Positions 1-9,905 of a DNA stretch of 64,000 nucleotides are shown here, piece by piece. Made by a program: the position numbers and the translations under genes. The first letter of the stretch is position 1. The number at the start of each line of letters is the position of its first letter. The stretch covers positions 96,001-160,000 of the forward strand of contig CAWJMB010000003.1 of the NCBI GenBank assembly GCA_963843845.1, read 5' to 3'. Below the pieces are notes generated by a model. That model had not been told where the DNA came from, searched no databases, and saw nothing but the letters and a program-made list of their open reading frames with translations. The stretch is from an uncultured Gemmatimonadaceae bacterium (lineage in GTDB: Bacteria; Gemmatimonadota; Gemmatimonadetes; Gemmatimonadales; Gemmatimonadaceae).

Positions 1-2297
1 TGCGGCTCGTGGGCTCCGAGGGGCTGTCGCAGCCGTTCCGTTTCCTCATCGACTTCGTGTCCGGCGATCCCGCGATCGCGGCGTCGAAGGTGTTCGGCAA
101 GCCGATGTCGTTCATCTTCCACGGGCGCCGGCTGAAGACGAAGTCCAACGACGTCACGACGACGCGGGTCCTGAACGGCCGCGTGTCGCGCTGGGCGGAC
201 CTCGGCGTCGCCGGCACGGCGGGCTTCGCGCACTATCGTGCGGAGCTCGTCCCGGAGCTGTGGATGCACTCGCTGTCGTCGGACTGTCGGACGTTCGAGG
301 AGAAGAGCGTGAAGGCGATCGTGGAGAAAGTGTTCTCCGATCTCCAGTTCACGAACTTCAAGTTCCGCCTCGCGGCGCAGCCGCCGACGCTGCCGTACGT
401 CGTGCAGTATCAGGAGACGAACCTCGCGTTCGTCTCGCGCATGCTCGAGGAGCACGGGCTGTACTACACGTTCGAGCACACGAGCGACAAGCACACGCTC
501 ATCATCTCGGACAGCAAAGGCTCGATCGTGCCGGCGGGGACGATGCCCGAGATCCTGATGGCGTCGAGCGGCAACGGGCTGCTCGGGCGCCTCGGACGGG
601 CGGGGGGAAAGAAGGCGAGCGGCGCGGCGAGCGAGGCCGTCGGCGGCGCGGTCGGGAGCCTCGTCGGCTCCGTCATCGGGCCGCTCGGCTCGATCGCCGG
701 CGGGCTCGCGGGTGGCGCGGTCGCCGACGTGATCGACAAGGTCGTCGGGCTGCTGTTCGGCGACGAGGACGAGGCCCCGCCGGCGGACACGATCACCGAG
801 CTGCTGCGCGAACGCGCGGTCCACACGAAGACGGTCGCGACGCGCGACGCGCATCTGCTCCGCGCCGCCGACACGGGGAGCGAGAACAGCAGCGACCCCG
901 GCGTGACCGGCGAGGCGTTCGAGTTCCTCGGCGATCTCGCAGGGTCGGCGACGGCTGGGGTGTCGGCGGCGACGGCGAAGCTGCGCATCGAAGCCATCGA
1001 GACGAGTCGCGACGTGCTGCGCGGGTCGAGCACCGCACCGACACTGATGCCGGGGACGCGCGTGAAGCTCGTCGGCGGGCCGCTCGGCGCGTCCGGCGAG
1101 GAGCTGCACATCACGGAAGTCGGTCACGTGATGGAGGCCGGGGACGTGCTCTCCGGCGACCAGGCGGACACGCTGAAGTACGCGAACGAGTTCACCGCCG
1201 TGCCGATCGCGACGCAGATCCGTCCGCCGCGCACGATCCCCCATCCGTCGGTGCACGGCACGCAGACGGCGCTCGTCGTCGGCGACGGCGAGGCGGGAGA
1301 CATCGACGTCGACAAGAACGGGTGCGTGCGGCTGCGCTTTCCGTGGGACCGCGGCGACGGCTTCACGAAGAAGTCCGAGCACCGCGTGCACGTCGCGTCG
1401 CGGTGGGCGGGCGCCGGGTGGGGGGACGTGGCGCTCCCGCGCCTCGGGCAGATCGTGCTCGTCGAGTTTCTCGACGGCGATCCCGACCGGCCGATCGTCG
1501 TCGGGCGCCTGTACTCGAAGGACCACGCGCATCCGTACGCGCTGCCGGCGAACAAGACGCAGAGCGGCCTCAAGACGCGCAGCGTGCCGAACGGCGGCGC
1601 GGCGAACTTCAACGAGCTGCGCTTCGAAGACAAGAAGGGGAGCGAGCAGGTCTTCCTGCACGCGGAGAAGAACCTCGACGTCAGCGTCGAGAACGACGAG
1701 ACGTGGTCGACGGGGCACGACCGCACCGAGGTCATCGAGCACAACCACAAGATGACGCTGACGAAGGGCGATCAGCTCATCAAATTGACCGAGGGGAACC
1801 AGGCCCTGCTCGTCATCAAGGGCGACCAGGTCATCGAGGACAAAGAGGGGCGCCAGGCGCTGTTCACGGTCGACGGCGAGCAGCTCATCCGCATCGAGAA
1901 GGGGCCGCAGGAGTTCCTGGTCGACGACGGCGACCGCACCGTGACGGTCAAGAGCGGGAACAACACGAAGGCGATCAGCGGCACCGATCAGACGACCGCC
2001 GACACGATCAAAATGGAGGCGGAGACGAAGATCGAGCTCAAGTGCGGCAGCTCGAAGATCGTGATGACGACGTCGAAGATCGAGATCTCGGTCGGCGGTC
2101 AGAAGGTCGTGCTCGACACGTCCGCCGTGACGGTGAACGGGGCGAAGATCGACGTCGTCGCGACCGGCCCGCTCAAGGCGTCGGGAGCGATGACCACCGT
2201 GGAAGGCACCGGCATGCTGACGATGAAAGGACCGATGGTGCAGGTGAAGGCCGACGGGCTGTTGAAGCTGGCCGGCGGCGTCATCATGCAGAATTGA
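1..2297 (+). CDS. vgrG: Type VI secretion/contractile injection spike protein VgrG (5'-partial)
   Basis: Motifs EGLSQPF, VQYQETNLAFVSRMLEEHGLYY, WAGAGWG..LPRLGQIVLVEFLDGDPDRP, SGLKTRS, NELRFEDKKGSEQVFLHAEKN, and gp5-like beta-helix repeats at the C-terminus. The frame is open to the window edge. Confidence 0.96.
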   Translation, partial: RLVGSEGLSQPFRFLIDFVSGDPAIAASKVFGKPMSFIFHGRRLKTKSNDVTTTRVLNGRVSRWADLGVAGTAGFAHYRAELVPELWMHSLSSDCRTFEEKSVKAIVEKVFSDLQFTNFKFRLAAQPPTLPYVVQYQETNLAFVSRMLEEHGLYYTFEHTSDKHTLIISDSKGSIVPAGTMPEILMASSGNGLLGRLGRAGGKKASGAASEAVGGAVGSLVGSVIGPLGSIAGGLAGGAVADVIDKVVGLLFGDEDEAPPADTITELLRERAVHTKTVATRDAHLLRAADTGSENSSDPGVTGEAFEFLGDLAGSATAGVSAATAKLRIEAIETSRDVLRGSSTAPTLMPGTRVKLVGGPLGASGEELHITEVGHVMEAGDVLSGDQADTLKYANEFTAVPIATQIRPPRTIPHPSVHGTQTALVVGDGEAGDIDVDKNGCVRLRFPWDRGDGFTKKSEHRVHVASRWAGAGWGDVALPRLGQIVLVEFLDGDPDRPIVVGRLYSKDHAHPYALPANKTQSGLKTRSVPNGGAANFNELRFEDKKGSEQVFLHAEKNLDVSVENDETWSTGHDRTEVIEHNHKMTLTKGDQLIKLTEGNQALLVIKGDQVIEDKEGRQALFTVDGEQLIRIEKGPQEFLVDDGDRTVTVKSGNNTKAISGTDQTTADTIKMEAETKIELKCGSSKIVMTTSKIEISVGGQKVVLDTSAVTVNGAKIDVVATGPLKASGAMTTVEGTGMLTMKGPMVQVKADGLLKLAGGVIMQN

Positions 2298-2304
2298 GCG
2301 AGCG

Positions 2305-3144
2305 ATGACCGAATCGTCGATGACCGCCACGCCCCCCGCCGGGGCCGCCGCCGTTCCCGCCGCCGCCCCGGCGTCGCGCTTCGTCGCGCGGCCGACGCGC
2401 GACGCGCTGGGCGCGCTGCTCGCGTGGCTCGTGCAGCGCTCCGGCCTCGATGACGACGGCTTCGCCGCGCTCGCGACCTCGGCGCCGCAGGCCGTGGCGC
2501 CCGGAGCGAACGATCCGCTCGCGGCGGCGACCGCGCTCGCCGACGGGCACCCCGCGCCGGCGCTGACGCTCGCCGCCGCGGCGCTGCCGCCGCGCGAGGG
2601 GGTGTGGTGGGCGTGGATCGCCGTGCGGCACGCGATGCACGTGCTGGCCGAGCGTGCCGCGGCGCCGCCCGTCGCAGCTGACGCCCAGCCACTCCTCCCC
2701 CCGTCGGCCGCCGAGCGCGCGGCGTTAGGCGCGGTCGAGCGGTGGATCGGCGACCCGAGCGAGGCGAACCGCCGCGCGGCGTGGGACGCCGGGCAGGCGG
2801 CCGACCTCGGGACACCGGCCGGGTGCGTGTGCGCGGCGGTGTTCTTCGCGAACGGCAGCATCGCGTCGCCGCAGTGCCCGGTCGTCGTCCCGCCGCCGCC
2901 GGGGGCGCACGTGACGTTCGCGGCGACCGCGGTGCTGCTCGCCGCCGTCGCGACCGACGCGGCGAACCTCACGACGCTCGTGCGTGCGTCGGTCGCGCAG
3001 GCCGCCGAGCTGGCGACGCGCCTCGGCGGGTGGGAGGCGACGGCGACGCTGGCGCGGCAGCACTTCGATCAGCAGCGTGAGCAGCACGGCGCGGCGATCG
3101 AGGCGTCGACGCCGAAGCCGCAGAGTGCCGCGCCCGGTGCCTGA
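2305..3144 (+). CDS. DUF6931-like T6SS-associated protein
   Basis: LPPREGVWWA, AVERWIGDPSEANRRAA and TPAG..CAAVFF.NGS motifs. Lies between vgrG and PAAR, the usual context for this family. Confidence 0.75.
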   Translation: MTESSMTATPPAGAAAVPAAAPASRFVARPTRDALGALLAWLVQRSGLDDDGFAALATSAPQAVAPGANDPLAAATALADGHPAPALTLAAAALPPREGVWWAWIAVRHAMHVLAERAAAPPVAADAQPLLPPSAAERAALGAVERWIGDPSEANRRAAWDAGQAADLGTPAGCVCAAVFFANGSIASPQCPVVVPPPPGAHVTFAATAVLLAAVATDAANLTTLVRASVAQAAELATRLGGWEATATLARQHFDQQREQHGAAIEASTPKPQSAAPGA

Positions 3145-3200
3145 CGGTCGCCGAGTGCCGCGCGGTCGCGACGTGCCCCACGTTTTCCGGGAGTGGTGAG

Positions 3201-3500
3201 ATGGGAACGCCCTACGCGCGAGTCGGCGATCTGCACGTCTGCCCGATGGTCACGCCCGGCGTGCCGCCGATCCCGCATGTCGGCGGGCCGGTCGTGACGC
3301 CGGCGAACCCGACGGTGCTCGCCGGCGGGATGCCCGTGGCGGCGGCGACGGGGATGTGCGTCTGCGTCGGGCCGCCGGACACGATCGTGATGGGCGCCGT
3401 GACGAAGCTCGTCGGCGGGATGCCGGGGGCGCGCATCGGGAGCACGACGGCACACGGTGGTACCGTGACGCTCGGCACGCCGACGGTGCTCATTCCCTAG
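3201..3500 (+). CDS. PAAR domain spike-tip protein (stand-alone, no toxin extension)
   Basis: PYARVGD.H.CP, PHVGGPV, GMPVA and PGARIG..TAHGG repeats with Zn-binding His/Cys residues; 99 aa. Confidence 0.95.
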   Translation: MGTPYARVGDLHVCPMVTPGVPPIPHVGGPVVTPANPTVLAGGMPVAAATGMCVCVGPPDTIVMGAVTKLVGGMPGARIGSTTAHGGTVTLGTPTVLIP

Positions 3501-3508
3501 CCGGAGCG

Positions 3509-3535
3509 CCGGCCGCCCCGGGCAGGGGCGGCCGG
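3509..3535 (+). terminator. GC-rich hairpin after PAAR (putative terminator)
   Basis: Perfect 11-bp inverted repeat CCGGCCGCCCC-gggca-GGGGCGGCCGG, 8 nt after the stop codon; no U-tract. Confidence 0.5.
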
Positions 3536-3678
3536 ACGCGTGCGGTCGGACGCGCGCCGACGTACACTCGCGTACGTCCGCCTCTGACGGTGGACGCGCC
3601 GCCGTCTGACAGACGGGGCCGTCGGGGGAGGGTATCCTGTAGGAGTTCGTTCCCACCTGTCCTTCTCCGCACCCGACG

Positions 3679-4371
3679 ATGCCGTTCCGCACGATGCTCG
3701 AGAACAACCGCCGCTGGGCCAGCGAGCGCGTGACCCAGGACTCGCAGTACTTCACGCGGCTCGCCCGCGAGCACAAGCCGCACACGCTCTTCATCGGCTG
3801 CTCGGACGCGCGCGTCCCGGCCGAGTCGATCCTGCAGGTGGAGCCGGGCGAGCTGTTCGTGCACCGCAACATCGCGAACCAGGCGCAGCCGACCGACAAC
3901 AACCTCAATGCCGCGATCCAGTACGCCGTCGAGGCGCTCGGCGTGGCGGAAATCGTCGTCTGCGGACACGAGGGGTGCGGCGGCGTGCGCGCGGCGCTGA
4001 TGAACGAGGCGCCTTCCCTCGTCGACACGTGGGTGGCGGGGGTGCGCACGACGATGCGCCTGCACGACGACGAGCTCGCGGTGATCTCCGACGTCGAGAA
4101 GCGCCTGACGCGGCTCGTCGAGCTGAACGTCATGGAGCAGGTGTTCCAGATCGGCCGATCGCCGATCGTGCAGCAGGCGTGGGCGAAGGGGCAGACGCTG
4201 CGCGTGCACGGCTGGGTGTACGGGCTGCACACCGGCCTCGTGCGCGACCTTCACGTGATGATCGACCACGTCCAGGCGCACCCCCCGGCGCCGCTCCTGA
4301 CGATGGCCGCACAGACGGAGCAGCGGTTGGTCGACGAACGCCACGCCGAGCGACAGCGACACGCCGGATGA
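3679..4371 (+). CDS. can: Beta-class carbonic anhydrase
   Basis: IGCSDARVP, PGELFVHRNIAN, YAVEAL, VCGHEGCGG (Zn ligands C-D-H-C) and VHGWVY motifs. Confidence 0.96.
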   Translation: MPFRTMLENNRRWASERVTQDSQYFTRLAREHKPHTLFIGCSDARVPAESILQVEPGELFVHRNIANQAQPTDNNLNAAIQYAVEALGVAEIVVCGHEGCGGVRAALMNEAPSLVDTWVAGVRTTMRLHDDELAVISDVEKRLTRLVELNVMEQVFQIGRSPIVQQAWAKGQTLRVHGWVYGLHTGLVRDLHVMIDHVQAHPPAPLLTMAAQTEQRLVDERHAERQRHAG

Positions 4372-5456
4372 GCGACGAGGCGCCGGCAGCGCCGGCCGCG
4401 CCGGCCGCGATGCCGGCTGCATCGCTCGACGCGGCGCTGCCGGAGTCCGGAGCGGCCGACGAGGCGCGCGGGTGGCGGCGGCTCTTCCGGGTGCCGCTCC
4501 TGCAGAAGCTCGTGGTGACCGACCTCATCATCAACATCCTGGCGTTCCTCGTCATGCGGAACGCCCGCCTGCAGTACGCGAGCGAGATCATGGTCGCCTC
4601 GCTGCTCGTGACGCTCGTCCTGAACTCGGCGCTCGTCTACTGGGCGCTGGTGCCGCTGCGCGCGCTGCAAGTCACGGCGGACCGCGTCGCGCGCGGGGAC
4701 CTCACGGCGCGCGTCCCCGCGTCGCGCTTCGCCGACCGGCAGGTCGCGCGGATCGGGCGCACGTTCAACCGCGTGCTCGACCGCCTGCTCGCCGACCGCG
4801 CGCGCGTCCGCACGCTCGCCGCGCAGGTGATCCGCGCCGGCGACGAGGAGCGCGCCCACATCGCGCGCGACCTGCACGACTCGACGGCGCAGCAGCTCTC
4901 CGCGCTCGAGATGCTCGTCGCCGCGTCGGTCCGCGAGGTGCCCGCCGGCTCGCTCCACGATCGCCTCGGCGTGATGCACGACATCGTCACGGAGTCGCTC
5001 CGCGAGGTGCGTACACTGTCCCACACGGTGCACCCGCGCGTGCTCGACGACCTCGGCCTCGTCGCGGCGATCGAGACGCTCGCGCGCCGCACCCGCGATC
5101 AGAGCGGGCTGGCGATCACCGTGACGTCGGCCGTGCGCGCCGAGATCGCGCCGCCGGCGGCGTCGGTGCTGTACCGTGTGACGCAGGAGGCGCTGCGCAA
5201 CGCCATCCGCCACGCGGGCGCGAGGGCGATCGCGATCCACGTCGCGGCCGACGCGCGCGCGGTCTCGCTCACGATCGCCGACGACGGACGCGGCTTCGAC
5301 GTCGCCGCCGCGGAGGCGGCGCGGACGGGGCTCGGGCTGTTCGTGATGCAGGAGCGGCTCGCGCTCGTCGACGGCGCGCTGACGATCGACAGCGCGCCGT
5401 CGGCGGGAACGCGCATCACCGCGACGATCGGCGTCGACCCGATCGTCGCCGAGTGA
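4368..5456 (+). CDS. Sensor histidine kinase (2 TM, HAMP, HisKA_3, HATPase; NarX/UhpB-like)
   Basis: EERAHIARDLHD H-box, YRVTQEALRNAIRHA, DDGRGF, GLGL..MQER. The ATG at 4368 overlaps the can stop codon (ATGA). Confidence 0.93.
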   Translation: MSDEAPAAPAAPAAMPAASLDAALPESGAADEARGWRRLFRVPLLQKLVVTDLIINILAFLVMRNARLQYASEIMVASLLVTLVLNSALVYWALVPLRALQVTADRVARGDLTARVPASRFADRQVARIGRTFNRVLDRLLADRARVRTLAAQVIRAGDEERAHIARDLHDSTAQQLSALEMLVAASVREVPAGSLHDRLGVMHDIVTESLREVRTLSHTVHPRVLDDLGLVAAIETLARRTRDQSGLAITVTSAVRAEIAPPAASVLYRVTQEALRNAIRHAGARAIAIHVAADARAVSLTIADDGRGFDVAAAEAARTGLGLFVMQERLALVDGALTIDSAPSAGTRITATIGVDPIVAE

Positions 5457-5500
5457 GACATGTCCGGGCGTACTCCGTCGACGAGAGAGGCTTCGACACG

Positions 5501-6169
5501 ATGACCGACACCGACGAGCGAATCCGCGTCGTCATCGCCGACGACCACGACGTCGTGCGCCTGGGGTTGCGAACGCTGCTCGCCTCGGCGCACGACGTCG
5601 AGGTGGTCGGCGAAGCGAGCGACGGCGCCGAGGCCATCGCGCGCGTCGAGGCGCTCGCCCCGGACGTCGTCATCATGGATCTGTCGATGGCGGGGATGGA
5701 CGGCGCCGCCGCGACGCGCGAGCTGACGCGCCGGCGGCTGCCGACGCGCGTGCTCGTGCTGACGATGCACGACGAGGAGGAGTACCTGATCCCGCTCCTC
5801 GACGCCGGCGCTGCCGGCTACGTCGTGAAGAGCGCGGCGAGCACCGACCTGCTGCGCGCGCTCCGGGCGGTCGCGCGCGGCGAGACGTTCGTGCGTCCCG
5901 AAGCGGCGCGCGTGCTGGCCGAGGGGTGGAAACAGCGCACCGCGGACGACGACGGTCGGGCGCGCTACGAGTCGCTCTCGGCGCGCGAGCGGTCGGTCTT
6001 CCAGCTCATCGCCGAGGGGTACTCGACGTCGCAGATCGGAGAACGGCTGTTCATCAGCGCGAAGACCGCGGACACGTACCGGCGGCGGATCAACGACAAG
6101 CTCGGCGTCGGCGAGCGGGCGGAATACGTGCGGCTGGCGCTCGCGTTGAATCTGTTAGGCGGTGCCTAA
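5501..6169 (+). CDS. NarL/LuxR-family response regulator
   Basis: REC domain (IADDH, DVVIMDLSM, GYVVK) plus LuxR HTH (LSARERSVFQLIAEGYSTSQIGERLFISAKT). ATG at 5501 follows a GAGAGG RBS. Confidence 0.95.
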   Translation: MTDTDERIRVVIADDHDVVRLGLRTLLASAHDVEVVGEASDGAEAIARVEALAPDVVIMDLSMAGMDGAAATRELTRRRLPTRVLVLTMHDEEEYLIPLLDAGAAGYVVKSAASTDLLRALRAVARGETFVRPEAARVLAEGWKQRTADDDGRARYESLSARERSVFQLIAEGYSTSQIGERLFISAKTADTYRRRINDKLGVGERAEYVRLALALNLLGGA

Positions 6170-6312
6170 CGGATCAGCGCCGCGGCGTCGCCGACGGTGA
6201 CGGGCAGCGCCCGGCCCGCCGCGCGGACGTCGCAACTCGGGCCCGGCGCTCCTCGCCGGCACGGCCGACGCACACGACCGGCTTCGCGCGGAGCACGGGG
6301 CCGCGCGGAACG

Positions 6313-6543
6313 CTACTGGCGGCGCGACGTGTGGCGGCGGTCGTCGGTGCGGCGGTCGTGGTCTCCACGCGGCCGCAGCCAGCGCCACGTGCCCCACACG
6401 CCCGGCGCGAGCGCGACGACGTAGACCGGTTGCAGCAGATCGGCCGCGAGCGGCATCCAGCGCGCGAGTCCCGCGATGACGAGCACGAGGGCCGCCGTCC
6501 ATCCCCACCCCGCAGCGAGCGGCGCCCAGCGACGGTGCGTCAT
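6313..6543 (-). CDS. Small membrane protein (2 predicted TM)
   Basis: 76 aa with two hydrophobic segments and a charged DRR..DRR tail; starts 4 nt after the stop of the upstream minus-strand gene. Confidence 0.55.
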   Translation of the reverse strand: MTHRRWAPLAAGWGWTAALVLVIAGLARWMPLAADLLQPVYVVALAPGVWGTWRWLRPRGDHDRRTDDRRHTSRRQ

Positions 6544-6547
6544 GCGA

Positions 6548-7282
6548 TCACGCGCCGGGCGTGGCGGCGGGTGTGGCGGCGGGTGTGGCGGCGGATGTGG
6601 GGGCAGGCTCTGTCGCCGGCGGCGCCACGAGTGGCACCCCGTGAATCGGCGGGAAGATCGGCTGCATGTCGGGAACCACGACGTGGGGCGCGCGAAGCTC
6701 CGGCGGCAGGCTCGCGATCAGCGCCCACCGCGCCGCCCGCTCGCGCTCGGCGGCGTCGCGCGCGTCACGCGCGGCGGCGGCGCTGCGGGCCGCGTCGGCG
6801 CGGAGCGACGCGTTCTCGTCGCCGAGCCGCGCGGCCGTCGCTCGCTGCGCCGCCGCCTCGGGCTCGGCGACGGCGAGACGCGCCTGCAGCTGCCGCGCGA
6901 CGGCCGGCGCGCCGCGCCGCGCGCCGGCGGCGAGCGCCACGGCGAGCGCCGTCGCGGCGAAGGTGCCGATCGCGATGCGGTCGTCGGGGAGCGTGACGAC
7001 GAAGCGCAGCACGTCGACGTGGAACCAGCCGAGCGCGGTCGCGACGACGGCCGAGACGACGCCGGGGAGCGCGCCGAACAGCACGCCGATCAGCGCGACG
7101 GCGACGAGCAGGGCGAGGCGCTGGACCTCCATCGTCGCCGGCGGCAGGCCGAGGATGAGCGGCGTGGCGACGACGAGGGCGGGGAGGATCGGGGCGAGAA
7201 GGTAGCCGGCGCCGCCGCCGGTGGGCGGGGCGGGTCGGGTCGCGGAGTCGAGTGTCGCTGCCGGTGGCTGTCGGGCGGGCAC
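6548..7282 (-). CDS. DUF4118 (KdpD TM-like) membrane protein with coiled-coil and Pro/Ala-rich tail
   Basis: LLVAVALIGVLFGALPGVVSAVVATALGWF pattern of the KdpD 4-TM domain, then a coiled coil and PAAT repeats. The GTG start at 7282 is inferred. Confidence 0.65.
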   Translation of the reverse strand: MPARQPPAATLDSATRPAPPTGGGAGYLLAPILPALVVATPLILGLPPATMEVQRLALLVAVALIGVLFGALPGVVSAVVATALGWFHVDVLRFVVTLPDDRIAIGTFAATALAVALAAGARRGAPAVARQLQARLAVAEPEAAAQRATAARLGDENASLRADAARSAAAARDARDAAERERAARWALIASLPPELRAPHVVVPDMQPIFPPIHGVPLVAPPATEPAPTSAATPAATPAATPGA

Positions 7283-7370
7283 GGTATCGAGAGTGAAGAG
7301 TTGCGACAGTCTACAGCGCGCGTGGCGGTCCGGGATAGCGCGAGGGCCGCGCTTCCCCGGCTCGCGTGGC

Positions 7371-7409
7371 CGCCGGGCGCCGCCGGGCGCCGCCGGGCGC
7401 CGCCGGGCG
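7371..7409. repeat. 10-bp tandem repeat (CGCCGGGCGC) x4
   Basis: Read directly in the divergent intergenic region upstream of the S9 peptidase. Confidence 0.85.
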
Positions 7410-7495
7410 TCACCAGACGAATGCGCGATGCACGTCAGCATCCCCCGCTCCTCCCGCGTAACCCGGCTGAGACTCTCACCGCACCGAGGCCACTC

Positions 7496-9881
7496 ATGTC
7501 CTGCCGCCCGTTCGCGCTCGCTGCTGGTCTCCTCTTCGCGTCGACGCTCGGCGCGCAGGCGAAGCCGACGATCGAGCAGTTTCTGAACCCCGCGTCGCCG
7601 CTCGAGCTGACGTCGGCGCACGCGGCCGACCGTGTCGCGTGGGTCGCCTACGACCGCGGGCTGCGCAACGTCTACACGGCCGCGGCGCCGGACTTCCGCG
7701 CGGTGCGGCTGACGAGCTTCCTCGACGACGACGGCGTCGACGTCACCGACGTCAGCTCTCCGACGACGGCAGCGTCGCCGTGTTCGTGCGCGGCTCGGCG
7801 CCGAACCGGCTCGGATGGGTCGCGAACCCGTCGCACGACCCCGGCGGCGCCGAGCGTGCGATCTGGGCGGTGCGCACGAGCGGGGGGCGCGCGTGGCGCG
7901 TCGCGGACGGCGCGGCGCCGGAGCTGTCGCCCGACGGGCGCTGGGTGCTGTACGTGCAGCGACGGCCAGATCTACCGCGCGCGCGTGGCCCCGAACCTCG
8001 CCGCGCTCCGGGCAGGCTCCTCCGCGACGGCCGCGGCCGACACCGGCGGGCGCGCGTTCCTCACGCAGTGGGGCGGCAGACGAGCCCGCGCTGGTCGCCC
8101 GACGGCTCGCGCATCGCGTTCGTCAGCGAGCGCGACAACCACGCCTTCATCGGCGTCTACGATACGCGCACGCGGAGCGTCGAGTTCGTGTCGCCGAGCG
8201 TGGATTGTGATGCGGTGCCGACGTGGTCGGCGGACGGACGAGCGGCTCGCGTTCGTGCGGCGCCCCGGCGTGCCGTTCGGCGCGCAGGCGCAGCAGGGCG
8301 CGGGGGGCATCGGCAACCCGGGCGGGCCGGCGGCGACGGCGGCGAGCGCGGGGCGGACGTTCGCCGGCTGTGGTCGGCGGCGGGTGGCGGCGGCGGCGGT
8401 GGCGGCGGCGCGCGGCAGCGTGCAACGACAGCTGCAACGGCGCGCGGCGGCCGGCCGGGACAGGGCGCCGACTCCGCGCTGCGCCGCTCGCCCGGGCTCT
8501 ACACGGCGACGTTCGAGGGCGGCTCGACGATGCAGGTCATGGTCGCCGACCTCGGCGCGGCGCCGAAGGCGGTCGGCGGCTATCCGGCGCGCGAGCTGTG
8601 GCACGCGGCGCCGAACGAGCGGAAGTTCACCGCGCTGCGCACGCTGATCTGGGCTGGCGACGCCCTGATCTTTCCGCTCACGAACATCCAGGGCGACGAG
8701 TGGGATCGCTACTACGCGATCTCGCTCGACGAACCCGCAGCCGCAGCCGACGCTCCTCACGACGACGAACGGACTCATCGAAGACGCGACGTCGGCCGCG
8801 CTGTCGAAGGACGGACGCACGCTCTACTACATGCACGAACGCGAACGACATCGAGCGGCGCCACATCTGGGCGGTGCCGACGAGCGGCGGCGAGGAGCCG
8901 GTCGCACTGACGACCGGCGACGGGCATCGAGACGCATCCGCAGCCGCTCGCGAGCGGGAAGCAGGTCGCGGTGCTCTACTACGGCGCGAGTCGCCCGCGT
9001 CGGTCGCGCTGGTGCCCGCCCCTCGCAGGGCTCGGCGCCGGCTCCCTCCGGCGCCCCGAACGTGATCTTCCCGACGCTGCCGAAAGACTTCCCGACCGCC
9101 GCGCACGTGACGCCGGAGATCGTGAAGACGAAGGCCGCCGACGGGCTGGAGATCAGCAACCAGCTCTTCCTGCCGACCGACCTCAAGCCCGGCGAGAAGC
9201 GCCCCGCGCTCGTGTTCGTGCACGGCGGCCCGCAGCGGCAGATGATGCCCGGCTATCACTACATGCAGTTCTACCACTGGGCCTACGCGTATCAACCAGT
9301 GGCTCGCGAACCAGGGCTACGTCGTCCTGTCGATCAACTACCGGAGCGGCATCGGCTACGGCCGCGCCTTCCGCAACGCGGAGAACACGAACGCGCGCGG
9401 CAACTCCGAGTACCAGGACGTGCTCGCCGGCGCCAAGTATCTGCAGGGCAGGGCCGACGTCGATCCGTCGCGCATCGGCATCTGGGGGCTGTCGTACGGC
9501 GGGCTGCTCACGTCGCAGGCGCTCGCGCGCAACTCCGACATCTTCGTCGCCGGCGCCGACCTCGCCGGCGTGCATCTCTACGGCAGCTCGCTCGACACGG
9601 CGAGCGTCTCCTACCGCTCGTCGGCGATCTCGGCGATCGACACGTGGAAGTCGCCGGTGTTCCTCGTGCACGGCGACGACGACCGCAACGTCGATTTCGC
9701 GCAGACGGTGGGGCTCGTGCAACTGCTGCGCGCGCGGAAGATCTCCACGAGATGGTCGATCATCCCCGACGACCTGCACGAGTCGATGATCCACGCGCGG
9801 TGGATCGCGACGTGGGAGAAGATGGGGGACTTCCTGCGGCGGTACGTGTGGGAGCACACGGCGAAGGCGGCGAGCCGTTAG
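7496..9881 (+). CDS. S9 family prolyl oligopeptidase/dipeptidyl peptidase (multiple frameshifts)
   Basis: Signal peptide MSCRPFALAAGLLFASTLGAQA, PD40-like WSPDG repeats, VFVHGGP, nucleophile GIWGLSYGG, VHGDDDRNV, DDLHE. Pieces lie in at least three frames. Confidence 0.88.
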
Positions 9882-9905
9882 GCACCCCCCCCTCGCCCCC
9901 CCACC

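Noticed and set aside
260..2308. 682-aa alternative-frame ORF over vgrG, and similar long Arg/Ala/Pro-rich ORFs (15082-18084, 18038-20821, 25107-27773, 60546-62768)
   Set aside because: Shadow ORFs expected at this GC content; they overlap genes with clear family motifs and have none themselves.
3601..3616. GCCGTCTGAC, a 9/10 match to the Neisseria DNA uptake sequence, in a small hairpin
   Set aside because: Single imperfect copy in GC-rich DNA; consistent with chance.
6154..6170. Integron attC site or cassette array suggested by GTTAGGC/GCCTAAC
   Set aside because: attC needs RYYYAAC first and GTTRRRY 50-140 nt later with an imperfect palindrome between them. Here the order is reversed, most copies are inside genes, and no integrase is present.
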